From the IMG/VR virus record IMGVR_UViG_3300021426_000096: DNA of 64,000 nt; one strand, written 5' to 3'. Positions 60,415 to 64,000 of this stretch are shown here, piece by piece (position 1 is the first letter of the stretch; each line of letters opens with the position of its first letter). Origin of the DNA: a virus. The notes beneath the pieces were generated by a model. That model ran no database searches. It was not told where the DNA came from and saw only the letters and a list, made by a program, of their open reading frames with translations. The position numbers and the translations under genes are program-made.

Positions 60415-60930
60415 ATGCCAGAAGAATTAGAACAAGCAAAACAAGAATATCTTGATAAGTACAAGATATATAAAGATAAGTATATCAACTGGTTAAAGGA
60501 ATCAAAAGGTACAATATTTAAAATAAATGTACCTCCTTCTTTTCATATGTGTGATGGTTTTGAAGGTGATAGTGGTACAACATACTATGGTGGATATTGT
60601 AAAATAATTGGAGAAAATGATGGTAATCCAATTTTAAGACATATGCATATGGATTTTGTTGTACATCAAAACCTACGATTCCCAGATCAAAAGATGTTGA
60701 ATTATGCAAGATATTATGTGAACATCCATAACTTCACAGGATATACATATGAATCTCTTATTGATGTTATTGACAGACCTGCTAACAAATCAGAATTGAT
60801 TCCATTCATAAAAGATATTATGGATGATGATTATGAATTAAGAGGTTATATGGTTGATTCAAAAGATATAGAAAACAATACACCTCCTTGGTGGAAAAAC
60901 CATTCAAAGGATGAAAAATATATAGGGTAA
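60415..60930 (+). CDS. hypothetical protein
   Basis: 171-aa ORF. Confidence 0.5.
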   Translation: MPEELEQAKQEYLDKYKIYKDKYINWLKESKGTIFKINVPPSFHMCDGFEGDSGTTYYGGYCKIIGENDGNPILRHMHMDFVVHQNLRFPDQKMLNYARYYVNIHNFTGYTYESLIDVIDRPANKSELIPFIKDIMDDDYELRGYMVDSKDIENNTPPWWKNHSKDEKYIG

Positions 60931-60931
60931 T

Positions 60932-61561
60932 ATGGAAAGATTAGAAGAATACAAACCAATTGGTTCAGACTCCACCAAGATATATGGATTCAGGTTTGGT
61001 AGATACAGATACCAGGTTGAACACTTTGACCATAACAAATGTAAGGACATTTCTCCCACAGATGATGGTAACACAAGAACCATCAAATCATTATACTACT
61101 GGGATACTTTTTGTGGGACCAGGATTTACAGATTTCTTGATTGGGAATATGAACATACTATTCACTCTGCAATCTTTTTTGATATTTATATTGAAAAAGA
61201 TAAACTGAAGGAAATGATTCTCAATGATGTGATTGATTGGAAACTTGAAGATCCATATGATTTCAAGGACAGATTCATTGAACCTAACAAATATGGTTGG
61301 AATTTCAGTACCCTCTTCCAATCAGAAAAAGAACAAATTAAACTTCCATATCCCGAATGTGAGAATCCTCTTGATATACACCCAAAATGTCCACACTGTG
61401 GTGGTGAACTTGATGGTTCTATCCTGGAGATAGAATGTTGTGAAGATATTTTCAATTCAAAAGGTGGATATGGATATGAGGGTGAACCCTGGGGATGTTG
61501 GGATGAGGTACACAGGTGTCCACATTGTGATAAGTTGTTTTATGTAAAAGAGGAATGTTAA
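60932..61561 (+). CDS. zinc-finger-containing hypothetical protein
   Basis: CPHCGG...CPHCDK pairs. Confidence 0.5.
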   Translation: MERLEEYKPIGSDSTKIYGFRFGRYRYQVEHFDHNKCKDISPTDDGNTRTIKSLYYWDTFCGTRIYRFLDWEYEHTIHSAIFFDIYIEKDKLKEMILNDVIDWKLEDPYDFKDRFIEPNKYGWNFSTLFQSEKEQIKLPYPECENPLDIHPKCPHCGGELDGSILEIECCEDIFNSKGGYGYEGEPWGCWDEVHRCPHCDKLFYVKEEC

Positions 61562-61712
61562 TATGAAACTCATAGAACTGAAAGTCAGGATTAGAGTACC
61601 TGATGATTATGAATGTGATTATCCATTTGATACTCTGATTGATGCCAATCACAGAGATGATATGGAAATATATGATGTTGAAAAGATTGATGAGTATGAT
61701 GATTAAAGAAAA

Positions 61713-61740
61713 TGGTAGGTAATTTTACCTACCATTTTTT
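61713..61740 (+). terminator. rho-independent terminator
   Basis: GGTAGGTAAtttTACCTACC followed by ATTTTTT. Confidence 0.6.
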
Positions 61741-61768
61741 GGAATTATCAAAAAAATTCATTATCTTT
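61737..61768 (+). promoter_or_regulatory. Bacteroidetes-type promoter repeat
   Basis: TTTG 61737-61740, TATCTTTG 61761-61768. Confidence 0.6.
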
Positions 61769-61789
61769 GTAATGTAAAAAGAAACAACT

Positions 61790-62050
61790 ATGACATTTGA
61801 AGAATTTTTAAATAAAGAAACACCAAAGGAAGGTGGATGTATGGTCTGTCTGGCAAAGTACCCAGAAAGCAAATTTGACCGTAATAAAAAGGACTTTGTC
61901 CCTGTAATGAAAGAAGAATATATGCTTGTTGAAAGATATAAAATTGCCAATGGTGATATGATCTATATCAACAAGAGGTTCTTCTATGACTATGACTTCA
62001 CCTGGGATGATAAAACACCTTGGGAAATTCTCTACAAGAAAGAAGCTTAA
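61790..62050 (+). CDS. hypothetical protein
   Basis: 86-aa ORF. Confidence 0.5.
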   Translation: MTFEEFLNKETPKEGGCMVCLAKYPESKFDRNKKDFVPVMKEEYMLVERYKIANGDMIYINKRFFYDYDFTWDDKTPWEILYKKEA

Positions 62051-62052
62051 TT

Positions 62053-62274
62053 ATGGGAAGATTATCTTATGAAGAGATGATAAAGGTATGTGATTCTCTA
62101 ACTGTATTGGAGAAACCTTATCAACCATATCCAACAATCTCAACCTGGTGGAGAACCGGGGAAAATGACAGGTATGCTTATGAAAGTAATTCTTGGACAG
62201 GAGATCACAGGATTATAGACAAGAAGACAAACAAAGAAGTTTGGAGTTATTACACAGATTTTTATACAGGATAA
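62053..62274 (+). CDS. hypothetical protein
   Basis: Start MGRLSYEEM. Confidence 0.4.
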   Translation: MGRLSYEEMIKVCDSLTVLEKPYQPYPTISTWWRTGENDRYAYESNSWTGDHRIIDKKTNKEVWSYYTDFYTG

Positions 62275-62275
62275 T

Positions 62276-62941
62276 ATGATTATAGACAACACAGAACAAA
62301 TCAAGAAACTCATTGCCGGTTGTGGTAAGGATGAGTTCTATATGCTCCAAATCATCCACAGGGTGAAAGATGGACATACTAAATATGAACCACAGGACAA
62401 GAAGTCCAGGGAACAGGTCATCAAGACTTACTTTGTGTCTGGTCCTGATTATCTTGACAAGAAGATGGAGGAGATTAAAGACCTCTGTCGGATGTTCAAT
62501 GCCCGGGCAATGTTCAACCTCAACAGGAAGTCTTGGAAACAGATTTCACTGAAGTCTCTTGAACTGATGGCTCAGGCAATTGGAAAGGAAGGATATGAAG
62601 AGAACTGGTGGAAACCAGTCAGGTCTGTTGTTGAATCTGCCTGTGGTCAGACTGGCGCTTGTGACAAGAACAAGACCTGGGTCCTGGATGTTGATACCAA
62701 GGATGAAAAAGAACTCACCTTGGTGAAAGGTATCATTGATATGTGTGAACCCTTTGACACTGAAAAGGTTGTTGATGTTCTTCCTACCATCCATGGTTAC
62801 CATGTGATTTCCAAACCTTTCAACAAGCAGAAGTTTATGGGTCTCTATGAGACTGCTCATAAAGCAGCCAATGAACCAGTTGAAGACATCATCAAGGATA
62901 ACAATCCTACTATCCTTTATGCTGAATCAAAAGATGAATAA
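62276..62941 (+). CDS. hypothetical protein
   Basis: 221-aa ORF; its stop overlaps the smpB start. Confidence 0.5.
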   Translation: MIIDNTEQIKKLIAGCGKDEFYMLQIIHRVKDGHTKYEPQDKKSREQVIKTYFVSGPDYLDKKMEEIKDLCRMFNARAMFNLNRKSWKQISLKSLELMAQAIGKEGYEENWWKPVRSVVESACGQTGACDKNKTWVLDVDTKDEKELTLVKGIIDMCEPFDTEKVVDVLPTIHGYHVISKPFNKQKFMGLYETAHKAANEPVEDIIKDNNPTILYAESKDE

Positions 62942-63392
62942 CAAACCTAACATATTCATAGACAACCGTAAGGCCAATTACAACTACTTCCTTCTGGATG
63001 AGTATGTTGCTGGGATTGTCTTGAAGGGATGTGAGATCAAATCCATCAGGGAGAGAGAAGCAAATATGTCTGACTCTTATTGTACATTCATTGACAATGA
63101 GTTGTATATTAAGAACTTACATATCTCCCCCTATAAGAATTCTGGATTTGCTTACAGTGATTATGACCCCAAGAGAGACAGGAAACTTCTTCTCACCAAG
63201 AGAGAACTCAGGAAACTCCAGAATGAAGTAAAGACAAAGGGTATCACCATTGTCCCAGTCAATATGTTTGTGAACAACAAATCTGGTCTTGTGAAACTTA
63301 CGATTGCGGTGGCGAAAGGTAAGCACACTTATGACAAGTCCCAGACCATCAAGGAAAGGGATTTGGATAGAGAAATGAAAAATGTTGAATAA
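62934..63392 (+). CDS. smpB: SsrA-binding protein SmpB
   Basis: Full-length alignment to bacterial SmpB: NRKANYNYFLLDEYVAGIVLKGCEIKSIR...NMSDSYC...PYK....F.....DP.RDRKLLL.KRELRKL......KG.TIVP.......G..KL.IAVAKGK..YDK...IKERD. Confidence 0.85.
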   Translation: MNNKPNIFIDNRKANYNYFLLDEYVAGIVLKGCEIKSIREREANMSDSYCTFIDNELYIKNLHISPYKNSGFAYSDYDPKRDRKLLLTKRELRKLQNEVKTKGITIVPVNMFVNNKSGLVKLTIAVAKGKHTYDKSQTIKERDLDREMKNVE

Positions 63393-63443
63393 TGGAAACA
63401 TTGATCCATCTATTGGTTCATTTCTAATTTAAAAAACTATTTT

Positions 63444-64000
63444 ATGGAATCTGATTTAATGATTTATAAGCCAAAACCTTGTGTAATTGTTGAACCAAAT
63501 ACTGAAATTATTAAACCATGTACAGCAGTTGATATGCATAGTGAATCTATGTCTTTTCAACAATATCTTGAATTATCTTTAAATAATCCACAAATTCTGG
63601 ATCTTCAAGATTGTAGTCTTCTTCAAGTTGTAGAAGAATGTATCAAACACAAATTAAGGATGCATCCTCATTATGCAGAACAGATGTCATGCTTACTTAA
63701 TAATCTTCGGTTAATTGAACAACAATTCAAGGTTGTACTCCAACCTATTCAAATATCTGATATCTTTTGGAATTACTTTATCAATTTCTGTCAAGAAAGA
63801 GGTCTTGCATCATCAACTATCAACACAATGATTAACCAGTTAAGAGCAATTCTTACCTGGGGTATGAAATATGGTGTAAAAGTTGTTCCTTCTTATAGGG
63901 ATGTTATCCTTCTCCGTGAAGCAAACAATGAGATTGCACTTACTGCTGATGATGTATCAAGGATTACATATTTTGATATTCAAAGGACTTATTCAAACAG
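63444..64000 (+). CDS. int: tyrosine recombinase / phage integrase, N-terminal part (truncated by window end)
   Basis: SAM-like core-binding region DIFWNYFINFCQERGLASSTINTMINQLRAILTWGMKYGV...; AT-rich codon usage. Confidence 0.55.
   Translation, partial: MESDLMIYKPKPCVIVEPNTEIIKPCTAVDMHSESMSFQQYLELSLNNPQILDLQDCSLLQVVEECIKHKLRMHPHYAEQMSCLLNNLRLIEQQFKVVLQPIQISDIFWNYFINFCQERGLASSTINTMINQLRAILTWGMKYGVKVVPSYRDVILLREANNEIALTADDVSRITYFDIQRTYSN

Noticed and set aside
63300-63320. RCGA-like triplet (ACGATTGCGGTGGCGA) inside smpB and a similar one at 57795-57815
   Set aside because: Both lie inside coding sequence encoding conserved residues (IAVAKGK; DGDCDA); coincidental
62934-63392. SmpB as a host chromosomal gene marking the end of a prophage
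   Set aside because: Its start overlaps the upstream phage-like ORF by 8 nt and it shares that ORF's composition, which favours element-encoded. The alternative is noted in the finding

Overview
This window looks like part of a large phage or phage-like mobile element that infects a Bacteroidetes host. The host call rests on at least 18 copies of a near-identical Bacteroides-type promoter (TTTG-N19/20-TAnnTTTG). From 1 to 39.8 kb about 90 short genes are tightly packed on the + strand, and most operons are preceded by the same ~70-bp cassette: an RCGA-triplet motif, CTGAAATTCACTG, then the -33/-7 promoter. Recognisable products in this part are a possible RNA-repair set (Thg1-like 3'-5' polymerase, HAD and HD phosphoesterases, a small nucleotidyltransferase, an Rnl2-like RNA ligase), Dam methylase, an SLT lytic transglycosylase, an SPFH protein, a sigma-70 family sigma factor, FKBP PPIase, NADAR, a PP-lambda-like phosphatase, a Big_2 tail-fibre-like protein and a tRNA-Arg(CCU). 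A 1.1-kb repeat-rich, strand-asymmetric non-coding region (39.8-40.9 kb) resembles a replication origin and coincides with a drop in GC content. A lower-GC module (40.9-45.2 kb) follows and includes a free-standing FISUMP-domain protein. Two giant tandem minus-strand genes (2153 and ~1717 codons) encode modular BspA-type LRR / Ig-like proteins. One carries an intact N-terminal GH2 glycosidase. The other has an N-terminal domain shared with the tail-fibre ORF at 9791 and a C-terminal FISUMP domain. The window ends with small genes, a phage-encoded SmpB and the 5' part of a tyrosine integrase. No capsid, terminase, portal or DNA polymerase genes are present, so this is an accessory or early region. 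All calls are made by eye from motifs; no database searches were run.
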